Source: the human T2T-CHM13v2.0 reference genome, Homo sapiens. From it: a stretch of 64,000 bases of DNA. Shown here piece after piece: positions 1-12,484 of the stretch. A program made the position numbers and the translations under genes. Within the stretch, counting starts at the first letter, position 1, and each line of letters begins with the position of its first letter. Under the pieces are notes generated by a model. That model was not told the DNA's origin. It ran no database searches and was given only the letters and a program-made list of their open reading frames with translations. The DNA lies in assembly GCF_009914755.1 (NCBI RefSeq), contig NC_060934.1. One strand, given 5' to 3'.

Positions 1-232
1 CACTATAGCCTGGCTGACAGAGCAAGACTCTATCTCTGAAAATAAAATAAATAAAATGAAATAATTAGCTGGTATGATGGCATGCATCTGTAGTCTCAGC
101 TACTTGAGGGGTTGAGGCAGGAGGATCACTTGAGGCCAGGAGTTTGAGGCTGCAGTGAGCTATGACCACACCACTGCACTACAGCTTGGGCAACAGAGCA
201 AGACCCTGTCTCTAAAGAAAAAACAAATGAAA
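1..232 (+). mobile_element. Alu 3' end (1-60) followed directly by a second AluJ-type right arm (61-232)
   Basis: CACTATAGCCTGG..GACAGAGCAAGACTC plus A-tail, then ATTAGCTGG..TGTAGTCTCAGCTAC..GAGGATCACTTGAGGCCAGGAGTTTGAGGCTGCAGTGAGC..GACCCTGTCTCT plus A-tail. Confidence 0.85.
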
Positions 233-1724
233 ACCAGAAAAAGAAAATACAAATGATAAGCTATGGGTTTCCAGGGATGATATAACTGAGACATCTATGA
301 GTTTCAAGTGAGAGTTGTTTAAGACTATAGAAAAATTGTTGTTCAAAGTTTTTCTTGAGGATGTCAGAATTTCTACGGTTGTGTAGAGAAGGAAGAGAGG
401 ATCACAGAGAGGAAGATCCTGAGTAAATATACAGATGAGGAGAATGGTAGGGTATATTTGGGATAGTAAATAATTGAGTTTGAGTTATGTCAATGGTATC
501 TTTACCAAAAAATGTGGCATGTTAAGATTGGAAAAGTAGGTTGGGACAATTTTACAAAATGCCATAAGGGATAGTTCGAGTCATTAGTCCTTAAGTAATA
601 AACTTTAAGAAGATGAATATAGATGTGTGTATAATACATTAAAGTGTAGAAAGACTGAAGTTAGTACATTTAACTGGAAGAATATTGCAACTATTTGTGT
701 GAAAAATATTGAAGCCCTTGGTGATTTTGTTGCTTCAACCCAAGGAAAAGGAATCATACTATTGGTACCAAATACAGAGTCAAGAAACACTGGCTTTAGG
801 GAGAACCAGTGACTTCAATAGTGAAACTTAAATTTTGTGTGAAAATAAAAAGGAATATATCTAAATGAAATTGCTCACAAGAAGTATGTCTTTTGACCTC
901 ATCGGATATATCCAGTATAGTGCCAGGCATTTAATTAATTTTGTTGAAGGGTTAAATGAAAAGGGAAGAGGAAAATTGAAAGGTGGCCCCAATAAGCCAT
1001 GAATCATATCCTGTCCACTCATGTCATAAAATATAATAGAAATATGGTGATTCTAAAATACCGACATTAGGCATGTTTTCTGAAATTTAGGTGAACAGTG
1101 TTCTATTGAATTTTTCAAAAAGTTAACTATGAACCATATGTGCTTAAAATGTGTACACACAGTGTAAAAATAATGACAGCTTTGCATTTTCAATTTCTCA
1201 AATTGTTTTATCTTTAAAACTCATGTCAGCAATTCAGCCAATATGAAGTAAGATTTCTCCTAGCGGAACTGGCAGGATCAAACCCAACCAGATAGCTACA
1301 TCATCCTTGCGATTTCAAAGTGCCGTTTTCCTTTGTAAAGATCCTCAAAATAAGTGAAAAAAAAAAACCTAGCATCCTGAATGATCTCTATCTTCTTTGA
1401 AGAAAACACTAATGTAAAGACACTCCTTTTGTTTCTCTACTTAAAACACACTAGCACGCAACTTGCATATAACAATCTGTGCTCTATTTAAAGAGGCAGA
1501 GTCAAGATAATCTACACATTGACCTGGGTGTCTTCAAAATGAAACCTGAGTCTCATGTAAAAGGTTCCAGCAAAATACATAGCTTGCTTGCTCTTTCTTT
1601 GTTCATTTCATTCAATCAGTGTTTCTTGAGCCCCTACAAAACACAAAGCACAAGATGCGTCATTATATACAGAGAAGGATAAGCTAAGTTCAGGAGCTTA
1701 GAGTCAAAAAAGAGGAAGGGGTGT

Positions 1725-2079
1725 TGATATGGTTTGGCTGTGTCCCCAGTCAAATCTCATCTTAAACTGTGGCTCCCGTAATTCCCATATGTTGTGGGAG
1801 GGACCACGTGGGAGGTAATTGAATCATGGGGGCAGGTCTTTCCTGTGCTGTTCTCATGATTAGTGAATAAGTCTCAGGAGATCTGATGATTTTATAAAGG
1901 GGAGTTCCCCTGCACACACCCTCTCTTGCTTGCCACCATGTAAGACATGCCTTTACTCCTCCTTTGCTTTCTGCCATGATTGTGAGGCCTCCCCAGCCAT
2001 GTACAACTGTGAGTCCATTAAACCTGTTTCCTTTATAAATTACCCAGTCTTGGGTATGCCATGAGAAAAGACTAATACA
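1725..2079 (+). mobile_element. THE1 (THE1B-like) MaLR solo LTR
   Basis: Starts TGATATGGTTTGGCTGTGTCCCC and ends GACTAATACA; flanks GGTGT/GGCAT are consistent with a CpG-decayed 5-bp TSD. Confidence 0.93.
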
Positions 2080-2445
2080 GGCATGCTGCGAATAAGCAAT
2101 AGAGAAGGCTGACTGCAGGTGCTGAAAGAGCAGGAGCTTGCTGAAAAAGGAGATCATGCTTGTTGGGCCAGTCAATTAAGAAGAGTCTGGGAAAGTGATA
2201 ATCTTTGGCATTGGCCTTAGAGGAAGGTAGAATTTTAGTAGGCAAAGAGGCAGTTGAGAAGAAGTGGAGAAGGAAGAGGCATTCCAGACAAGGGGATGCT
2301 GAGTTAAATGACAGTGCTGAAACCATATTGGGTATATTTGGAGGGCTGTCAACTAAATTAGTTTATCCTGAAGAGAGGGTTGGAATGAGTCTAGTGAAGG
2401 GGAGTTGGGAAGAATGTTGTGGAGTACTTTGAACGTTAGAAATCT

Positions 2446-2760
2446 TGCCGGTCATGGTGGCTCATGCCTGTAATCTCAGCACTTTAGGAGGCCGAGGTGG
2501 GCGGATCACCTGAGGTCCAGAGTTTGGATCACCTGAGGTCCAGAGTTTGAGACTAGACTGCCCAACGTGGAGAAACCCCATCTCTACTGAAAAAAACAAA
2601 ATTAGCCGGGCATGGTGGCACATGCCTGTAATCCCACCTACTCAGGAGGCGGCGACAGGAGAATCGCTTGAACGCTGGAGGAGGAGGTTGTGGGCAGCCA
2701 AGATAGCACCATTGCACTTCAGCCTGGGCAACAAGAGCAAAACTCTATCAAAAAAAATAA
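2446..2760 (+). mobile_element. AluS (AluSp-like) with internal 23-bp tandem duplication
   Basis: Dimeric Alu with GGAGAAACCCC and AACAAGAGCAAAACTC diagnostics; TSD AGAAATCT at 2438-2445 and 2963-2970. Confidence 0.92.
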
Positions 2761-2874
2761 AGAGAGAAAGAGGAAAGAAAGAAGAAAGAAAGAGGAAAGA
2801 AAGAGAGAAAGAAAGAAAGAAGAAAGAAGGAAAGAAAGAAAAAGAAGAAAGAAAGAAAGAAGGAACAAAGAAAG

Positions 2875-2941
<67 letters not shown>

Positions 2942-2966
2942 AGAAAGAAAAGGAAAGAAAGAAGAA
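2760..2966 (+). repeat. (GAAA)n / purine-rich microsatellite derived from the Alu tail
   Basis: About 200 bp of A/G with a pure GAAA run near 2876-2941, lying inside the Alu TSDs. Confidence 0.97.
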
Positions 2967-5569
2967 ATCTAGATGACATCCAGCAAGCATTGGGTTTCTT
3001 AGAGAAGTAGATCTGGCCTGATCTGTCAGTGGAAGGCAGGTTAGGGTGAAGGGGGTGAAGGCAGAAAAAATAGTTACCAGTTGTTTGAATACTTGCTTGT
3101 GGGATACAGTGTCTGAACTAGGATGGGTGCAGTGGGAAAACACACATGGAGCCAGTGCAAAACACATCATTTGAGTTGTTAAATCACTGTGGTTGGAAAG
3201 ACTTCCAGACAAAAGGATCCACTAGGATGCAGTGAATCAAGCTAAGAACAGCTTCAAGGACTTCTGAACCATAGACTTTTGATGGATCTCTTCCGTGATT
3301 GACTAGACAGATACTATAATCAGATAGTCCTATTTGACAGATGCTTGTCAGCCTTACAAATCTTAAAAATGTTCTTAACCATGGAAGGCTTGGAAGGAAA
3401 ATGGAAACCACAAGTCAGGTTAAATAAAGTTGACTACAGGCCATTCTAAATAGACCTGGGCTGGGAGTTTTAAGTAGAAACACAAAAGATGCTTCTTTTG
3501 TTGACTGTCAGTTCTTTTTGTGTTTACAAATTCCTCTTGAACCTGTTTCTACATTGGGTGTGGGAAAAATTAAAGTGATATGTTTTCATGGTGAATCCAT
3601 GCTGTGCAAATAAATAAAGGGAATGCTTTAAACCACAATCCTCTTCATCTTACTTCATTGTTTTGCCATTTCCCTTATTTCCTTGAAATCTATCTCTCTC
3701 CACACAGACACAAATTTAACATTGAAATTAAGTCAAGATAATGTCTCATGTTATTGCTAAGGTCAGCACAATTTAAAAATGGAAAGTTGTTTAACAATAT
3801 AGACATATACATCGTTCCACAGCCCCTCTTTGTATGTTGTATGTATTTTACTACGAATAAGCTTAAGTTTCTAGTTTAAAATGTGAATTATAGCTAAACA
3901 TCTGGTCATTTATAAACTATAAAAATAGAATCTTTGCCTATTAAGCATTTTAATATTCAAAAGCTTCAATCATCCTTATGTACAAAGTGAATTGGAAATA
4001 TCATCTTTATTTTCTGGTTCACTGATAGTGGAATCTGAAAGCATTCATTTATCTTTCTATGTCAAAAATACTTCAGAATACAAATATTTCAGGCACTAGA
4101 AACCTAGTTCTCTGTGAATTTCATCAAAACAGTTTCATTAGTGATACCACCAAGATGTGTTTTTTGCATATCACACTACATTATTTTCTTTCTATTTCAA
4201 TATTTTAATTGGTTCTTTTTTATTATTAGCCTGCTAGTGTGATCTTTTAAATGTTCAAAAATGTAGATTTAAGTTTGAGGATTTGATTTGTAATCAAATA
4301 GCTATCACTAGGAATGATGTTTTTACCTGAGTCCGTCATGGGTACCATTACAGTGATGAGATGGGAGCATGTGAGATGGGTTAATTACAACTTTATGTAA
4401 AGGGGAAGAGAAGAGGTAACATTATACAGATAATTTTGGCCCCAGAATGTAAGTATGTAGACAGATGGTGGTTCTTAATTAAGATAATATGTGGAATTGT
4501 GGGAAGTTGAATATGAGATTGAAAAGCAAAGGTGATATGAATTTAAAAGCTAATAATGAATGTGTATTACTTACCTTGATCATAGGAAGAATTTGCCTTC
4601 CCTTTCTACACAGGTTTCTACTTACAGATTTCATAAGAAAGCTGTTTAAATTTTAGCTCTATTTTATTTCATTTGCTACGTAAAAGATTAAAATGTTTAT
4701 TAAGTAATACCTGTACATATCTGAAAAACTAATAACGTGGACATTTAACAAGTCAAACAGGCAAAAGTAAAATGTAAATCTCCCTTCTTCCTTTGTCTCT
4801 TAGTTCACCAGTTTCCCTCCCAAAAAAAAATACCTTACTTTTTGAGGTATGGTATATTAAAATTCAAACTTAGAGTAGTTTCCTATATCTGGCCAATAAT
4901 CATTAGCTTTTTTTCTGTTTAAATTCCCACTAAGAGAGATTTTTTAAAAATATTAATGCATTTTATCTTCATTAGCTTTTCAGGAAATATATTACCAAAT
5001 CTCCCTGCTCCTTTTTTGTTCTGGCTTTCAAATGGTAATATTTTAATTGTAGTCCCAAATAATATTTCATACTCTTTATAGGGACTTGATTAATAACAGG
5101 AATAAAAGGCTTTTTAGGAGAGGAAGATAGTTATTACTCATGATGATTGATTTGTAAATACCAACAACATCTTCTTTCAAGTGTATAACCCCATAAAACA
5201 AAGCATGGTGTATCCATTAACTTTCTGCATCTAGGGAGAAGGTGAATGGAGTTGTTTTGTATTATTATTATTATTATTAACAGAGATCACAGGTTATGGT
5301 AATCTGGAGATCTATGTGTTATGGAAGATACTAAAGAGATAGATGCTGGATGAAAGTAAATTCATTCCAACTTGCTTCAATGATTTAAAGTTACAAACTC
5401 AAGTGTCAAGGATTCCTAGAGAGAAAGATGAATTGCGTGATGTCTGATCTGCTGAATCTGAATAATTCTCTGAGATAGACCTCCAAAAACCTGAGAGTTC
5501 ATCTGAGCTGTCTTCTTTGATAACTTACTCCTCCCTCAAACTGTCTAGTGTCAGCAGTAGATTCAGTAG

Positions 5570-5886
<317 letters not shown>

Positions 5887-6704
5887 TATGTTGTTTTGTC
5901 TTTCACGAATTTCATATTCACAACCACTTGTTTCTCCTGCATGTCTGTCCATACATGCTTTATTTCATTAGCACTGGCTCCTTGTGGCAGGGGTGGGAAG
6001 CATAATTGGAAATTAAGCCAGTAGGAGACCCAGAGAGAAAGCACCCAGGAGCAAGAGTTGACTCAATAGGAATCAGCAAGAAAAATACAAGAGACAGAAA
6101 TATGGGTAGAATGAAGGAGAACAATTAGATGTAAACAAAACTGAGCAGAGCATTGGCACATGATGGATAAGTCATGATTTTAGGACAGGAATGGGGGAAG
6201 GTGGATCAGCTGAGACAAGGGTGTGGGTGAAAAACATGGTCTCCAGGCTCATCCCCTTCCATTGCCATAACAGCCACTGAAGTGTCCACTGATTGCTAGT
6301 GCTAGAATACTCCCTTACGGATGTTTATACCAGGAAAGCATCATTCATCTTCTTCCAGCACATCCAGGCTTTATTGGAAACACTGGCAATGATATTTTTG
6401 CTTGTAGCCTTTCCTAGTCACTGCAGCAGTAATTCAGATAAATAGCAATTTTACACAGATCCTTAAATACATCACCCAATTGAAAATAAAGGGTGTCTAA
6501 GTGACTCTGTGCAATTAATAAAGTAACAATATATGCCAGATGCTCTAACATTGTCGAATCCTGGAAAGTAAAGGAAAGAAATAGTAAATAGTGCAGGACT
6601 GACATTAGACCCTGGCCATTTCAGAAATGAGTTCAAAAGAGTTCCCTCAATTCCTACTTAAGCCAGAAATTGAGTTGCATTTTCTTAGAGAAGAAGTTAG
6701 GCTT

Positions 6705-6930
6705 CCAGGTTAAGATAAATAGACTTTTGAATCTGAATACTTCAGTTCATAAGCCAAGGCAATCGTAACTGTATGATCTTCAGCAAATGACTTAATCTCT
6801 CTGATGTCAGTTTCCTTGCCTATAAAATAGCACAATAAAAATACCTGGTGCATAAATTTGTTGTGATGACTAAATTAATTAACATATGTTAATGATACCT
6901 GTTTCATAGAAAATGCTACATAGATAGCAT
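6705..6930 (+). mobile_element. MIR SINE (degraded)
   Basis: MIR core-like GATCTTCAGCAAATGACTTAATCTCTCTGATGTCAGTTTCCTTGCCTATAAAATAG. Confidence 0.7.
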
Positions 6931-8570
6931 ATGCTAATACTGCATTTTTCCCCCACTTACATTTCCTCCTTTATTTCTTTTCAAAGTGCTTTCTCTTTAA
7001 GTCCTGTGCTGCCTTTTTAGTTTGTCTGTTGTTTCCTTTGATGACCTCATTCATTAGATTTCTCTCCATAAAGCATAGAAGGGGTCTCAAGGAGTGTTTA
7101 GGAACCTAATCCATTGTCATCTCTAACTGCTCCTATTAAAGGCTGGCTCAACCACTGATGTCTGGGAAGTAGAAAAGCATGTAAATAACTTGGGATGTCC
7201 GCTTGATCACCATGGCTATACCTATCATTTTTTGGTGCTGTTCAGAATCTCTCTAAAGACTGTCCCATGATGACATTTTGGGACTCTGGGACACTGTCTG
7301 GAAACCTTACAAAATTTAGCAATTTTGTAACACACGATAGAATCTCGAAATATTTCTCTAATTGTGACAGCATGGTTTATAACTGGGTAACAAGCATTAT
7401 AATCAGTACGACATATATATTATTATACCCACGTATTCATTCTATCCTTTTTATAGCAAGAATTGTAGGGACAAGTCATCAAAGCATAAAGATAATCAAG
7501 GGTAGATGACTGGGATGAGAATGGACATCCCCCTTGGTAGCAGCCAGGTAGCCTTTTAGCCTTGAGTTTTATTTAATTGCTAACAACCCAATTAAAAAAT
7601 GTATTAAAGATCCAACCCCAAATGCAAAGTTAAATGTTAGTCCAATTTCTATGTGACATTTTGCCTTTGAACTGGGAAACAGATTTCTTTATGTGTAGTC
7701 ATTATTTCATTACTACCTTTATTTTCAAGATATTTTTCTATTTTTTAATACATTACAGAAAACCAGTTGGTACAATGTGAAAGTAGGTAAAAAATATGCT
7801 CTCATTTAGAGCTATATAGCTCTGGAACTGAGACATAGTCATAAAAAAGTAATAGATCTAAATATTTTGTTGGCTAATTCTAATGGGGTTACAATGGGGT
7901 TAGACTACTTTGTTGATCTGACTAGCCTGAGGGCTACAGAGAGATTTTCATTTAATCTGCTAGAATTATTGTTCAAATGAGAAGCTTCTCCTGAAGGCAA
8001 AGAAAATGGAAGAAAATGTCTTTTAATTGGCTTATTGTCAATTTCCACAGCTAATTTTAAAAATAAGCACAATTTCGTTAATAGCTTATAGAGAAAATCC
8101 AAAGCACTTTTAGATGACTCCAGAAAAATATAAAATTAAGATAATTTAGAGCAATTAGATTTTGTAAACAAAAGTGTAAATTATAGAGTGAAAACATTAA
8201 AAATATTTTAATTGTGACAAAATACACAAAGCATAAAATTTGCCATTTATGAATTTACTGTTTATGAAGTTTTAGTCATTAAGCTCTGAAAAAACATTTT
8301 TTTCTCTCTTGTTCTTCTTCTCCTCCTCCTTCTCCCCTTCTTTTTCTTCTTCTTTGAAGCATGGTAATCTCTTCAGGTAACTTACTAGTTTCTTCCAAAA
8401 TGCCTTGAAAACACAACTATTTTTCAAATCTTTACTCCAACGTATTTTCATAAGCCAGGTTTACTGTTCTCACACTCTCTTTTTAACCTTTCTACCTCTT
8501 AATAATTAAAGATTATCTTGCAGAAATTTTTAAAGCTATTTATTTTATATTAGATAGAATCTAATAAAAC

Positions 8571-8795
8571 TTGAGACCAGCCTGGAAAACACGGTGAGAC
8601 TTTATCTCTTCAGAAAAAAAAAATTAAAAATTAGCAGGGCATGGTGGTATGCTTCTGTAGTCCCAGCTTCGCAGGAGGCTGAGGCAGGAGGATGGCTTGA
8701 GGCCAGATGTTCAAGGCTGTAGTTAGCTACGATTATGCCACTGCACTCCAGTCAGAGTGACAGAGCAAGATCTTGTCTCTAAAAAAATAGAATAA
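8571..8795 (+). mobile_element. 5'-truncated AluJ
   Basis: Begins at TTGAGACCAGCCTGG, has a full right arm and tail; AATCTAATAA repeated on both flanks (TSD). Confidence 0.88.
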
Positions 8796-9523
8796 AATCT
8801 AATAACTGATAATATAATTTGGAGATAATTGAGTGCTCCCAATTTCTATACAGTTTGAAAAATAAGAGTCATGGAACATTAGATATGTAAAAATGAGTGT
8901 TATAAGATTATGTGTTAGCAGGGAAAGAATGTTATATCGTAATAATCAAGATACAATGTTGTAAGTGTATTGTGATGGTAATTTTTTAGAAATACACAGC
9001 AATGGAAGGAAGAGCTAATACTGATTGCTTTGAAATGATGACATTGTGTGTATGTTTCTATTCCCTAGTTTCCAAGTATTCAGTTGAAAAATGTTGCTTA
9101 TATTTCAGTCCTCTTGTAATAATAAGGAGTGAGTAGAAATCTGGTTTCTACCCATTTATTTTAACAGAGATGGGTACCCATTTGTTTTAACACTATTTGT
9201 CAGAGTTTATTTCTCCCACTGGTATTTAATGCTTCTTATATTCTGAATTCCCTTATTTTCCACAAGGTTTGAAATATATTATTTAAATTAACCTGATTTA
9301 TTTTATCATGAAAATAAAATATAACAATGCATTAGAAGAAAACTAGAGAAGAATTATTTTATAATCCTGAGATTGGGAGCATTTTTCTAAGACTGATACA
9401 AAGCCCAGAAACCATAAATAAAAATATTGAAAAAAATGCATATAATAAAATTTTCATATATTAAAAATTCATGGCATTTAAACACCCTCACTTAAGAAAA
9501 GAGAAGTAAAACCTGGGAAATAT

Positions 9524-10369
9524 TACAAGGAACTTAAACAAATTTACAAGAATAAATCAAACAACTCCATCAAAATTGGGCAAAGGATATGAACAGATAT
9601 TTCTCAAAATAATACATTTATGTGGCAAACAAACATATGAAAAAAAGCTCATCATCACTGGTCATTAGAGAAATGCAAATCAAAACTGCAATGAGATACC
9701 AGCTCATGCTGGTTAGAATGGTGATTATTAAAAAGTGAGAAAACAACAAATGCTGGCAAGGCTGTGGAGAAATAGGAATGCTTCTACACTGTTGGTGGGA
9801 ATGTAAATTAGTTCAACCATTGTGGAAGACAGTGTGGCGATTCCAAAGGATTATAAATCATTCTACATAAACATGAATGTTTATTGCTGCACTATTTACA
9901 ATAGCAAAGACTTGGAACCAACCCAAATGCCCATCAATGATTGACTGGATAAAGAAAATGTGGCACATATACACCATGGAATACTATGCAGCCATAAAAA
10001 AGAGTGAGTTCATGTACTTTGCAGGGACATGCATGAAGCTGGAAGCCATCATTCTCAGCAAACTAACACAGGAACAGAAAACCAAACACCACATGTTGTC
10101 ACTCCTAAGTGGGAGTTGAACAATAAGAACACATGGACACAGGGAGGGGAACATCACACAATGGGGCCCGTCAGGGGGTAGGGGACAAGGGGAGGGAGAA
10201 CATTAGGACAAATACCTAATGCATACAGGGCTTAAAACCTAGATGATGGGTTGATAGGTGCAGCAAACCACCATGGCACATGTATACCTATGTAACAAAC
10301 CTGCACATTCCGCACATGTATTCCAGAACTTAAATTAAAAAAAGAAACAAAAAACAAGAAACAAAAAAA
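9524..10369 (+). mobile_element. 5'-truncated primate L1 (L1PA8/L1PA10-like): ORF2 3' end plus 3'UTR
   Basis: ORF 9877-10119 is the L1 ORF2p C-terminus (MFIAALFTIAKTWNQPKCPS..); 3'UTR CATTAGGACAAATACCTAATGC..GTAACAAACCTGCAC and A-tail; about 60 bp missing near 9844. Confidence 0.93.
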
Positions 10370-10641
10370 TGGGAAAGGAAATATTTAAAACACATATGAC
10401 AGTGAAAGGACTGTTCTCCTTAATATATAAAGAGCTCATTTAAGAAAAAGAGAACTGTAACAACTAAACAATGAGCAAATGACAAAGACAGTTTATTAAA
10501 AAGAAATTGCAGGAACTTCTGGTTTCTGGTATTTATTATAAAGCATTTGGGGGTTGTCACTCTCATTCTATCGAGAAAAAGCTAAACAAACTGAAAATCA
10601 ACAATTTCTATTAGACCCATGAGAGAGCTGAGATTGCAGGT

Positions 10642-11173
10642 TGTATTAGGGTTCTGTAGAGGGAAAGAACTAATAGGATAGATGGATATATGAAGGGGAG
10701 TTTATCAAGGAGTATTGACTCACATGATCAAAAGGCGAAGTCCCCCAACAAGCCATCAGCAAACAGGATCAAGAAAGCCAGTATGAACCCCCAAACCTCA
10801 AAAGTAGGGAAGCCAACAGTGTAGTCTTCATTCTGTCCCTGAAGGTCTAAGAGCCCCTGGCAAACCACTGGTGTAAGTCCAAGAGTCCAAAAGCTGAAGA
10901 TCTTAGAGTCTGATGTTCGAGGGCAGGAAACATCCAGCATTGGAGAAAGATGAAGGCCAGAAGAGTCAGCAAGTCAGCTTCTCCCACCTTCTCCTGCCTG
11001 CTTTATTCTAGCCTCTCTGGCAGCTGATTCGATGGTGCCCACCCCCACTGAGGGTGGGTCTGCCTCTCCCAGTCCACTGACTCAAATGTTAATCTTCTTT
11101 GGCAACATCCTCACAGACACACCCAGGAACAATACTTTGTATCCTTCTATCCAATCAAGTTGACCCCATCACA
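10642..11173 (-). mobile_element. MLT2A (MLT2A2-like) HERV-L solo LTR
   Basis: TGTATTAG..GAACTAATAGGA; GGTGTAAGTCCAAGAGTCCAAAAGCTGAAGA; GGGTGGGTCTGCCTCTCCCAGTCCACTGACTCAAATG; ends CCAATCAAGTTGAC..CATCACA. Confidence 0.9.
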
Positions 11174-12148
11174 CAAGGCAAACCACTGTCCCCAAAATGT
11201 AGAGACACAGGCACATCCAAAGACACACAGAGGAGATCCGCCCATCTGGGGCAGAAGCCACTGCAACCACAGATTGCTAATAACACTTAAAAGGTAACTT
11301 CCACAAAGCTAGAATTTCAGTGTGGATTGGCCTAAGGGTCAGAAACTCCTGAGGATTCTAGTCTTAGGCGGACCTTTAAACTTCTGTGGGCTTGAGCCCC
11401 AGGAACCCCAGAAGGTTCTCCCAGTGAAGATGTGTGAAACTCCCGGATGGCTCTGCTGGAGCAAGGGAAGAGTAATCATTGTGAAATACACCTAGAGCCT
11501 TCTCCAGAACAAAGACCTTCCTAGGACCTTATCCTAGCTGGGGGAAAGTCATTTCTCCCACTGGAGCAAGCCCCTTGAGTCTTCTAGGCTCACATGAGGG
11601 AGAAATAAAAATTCATAGTCAACAAGAATCAAGACTTTAGGGAAATACATCTGGAATGCTATATCCAGGGAGGGGAATAGGAGGCAGGGAGGGGGAAAAA
11701 CTATTCCACTAGAGACACCCTTAAGAGAGTCACAGCCTAAAGATACAGACCTACTAAATACTAAAGACTAAGAAACTTCTAATATTGAAATGCAAAGAAA
11801 AAAAATGAAGAAAAACAAAAACAAAAGCAGAACAGAACATCAGAGACCAGTAGGATAATAACAAAAGTTGTAACCTCCATGTACTTAATTGGAATATCAG
11901 AAGAGAAGAAAAAGAGAAAGAATAAATGTTTGAAATAATAGCTGAGTGCTTTCCAAAATTGACAGATGTCAAACTAGGAAGCTCGGAGAAAAACAACTGG
12001 AAAATCACCAAAAAACCACATGTAGGCATATTATTTGCCGACAAACAAACAAACTTTAAATAAACCAGATAAAACTACACCTCCCTGCAAAATACTCAAC
12101 CAGTATTCCTCAACTGTCCAGGTCATTAAATAAAAACAGGAGAAGTCT

Positions 12149-12484
<336 letters not shown>

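Noticed and set aside
2547-3212. Long Lys/Glu/Arg-rich and Phe/Leu/Ser-rich ORFs (up to 154 aa)
   Set aside because: They are translations of the Alu and the stop-free (GAAA)n tract
7457-7547. Plus-strand AG..GT-bounded segment as a coding exon
   Set aside because: Stops in all three frames and a weak donor (GTAGCC)
9877-10119. ORF with a real protein-like sequence
   Set aside because: It is the L1 ORF2p C-terminal remnant of a truncated L1PA, not a gene
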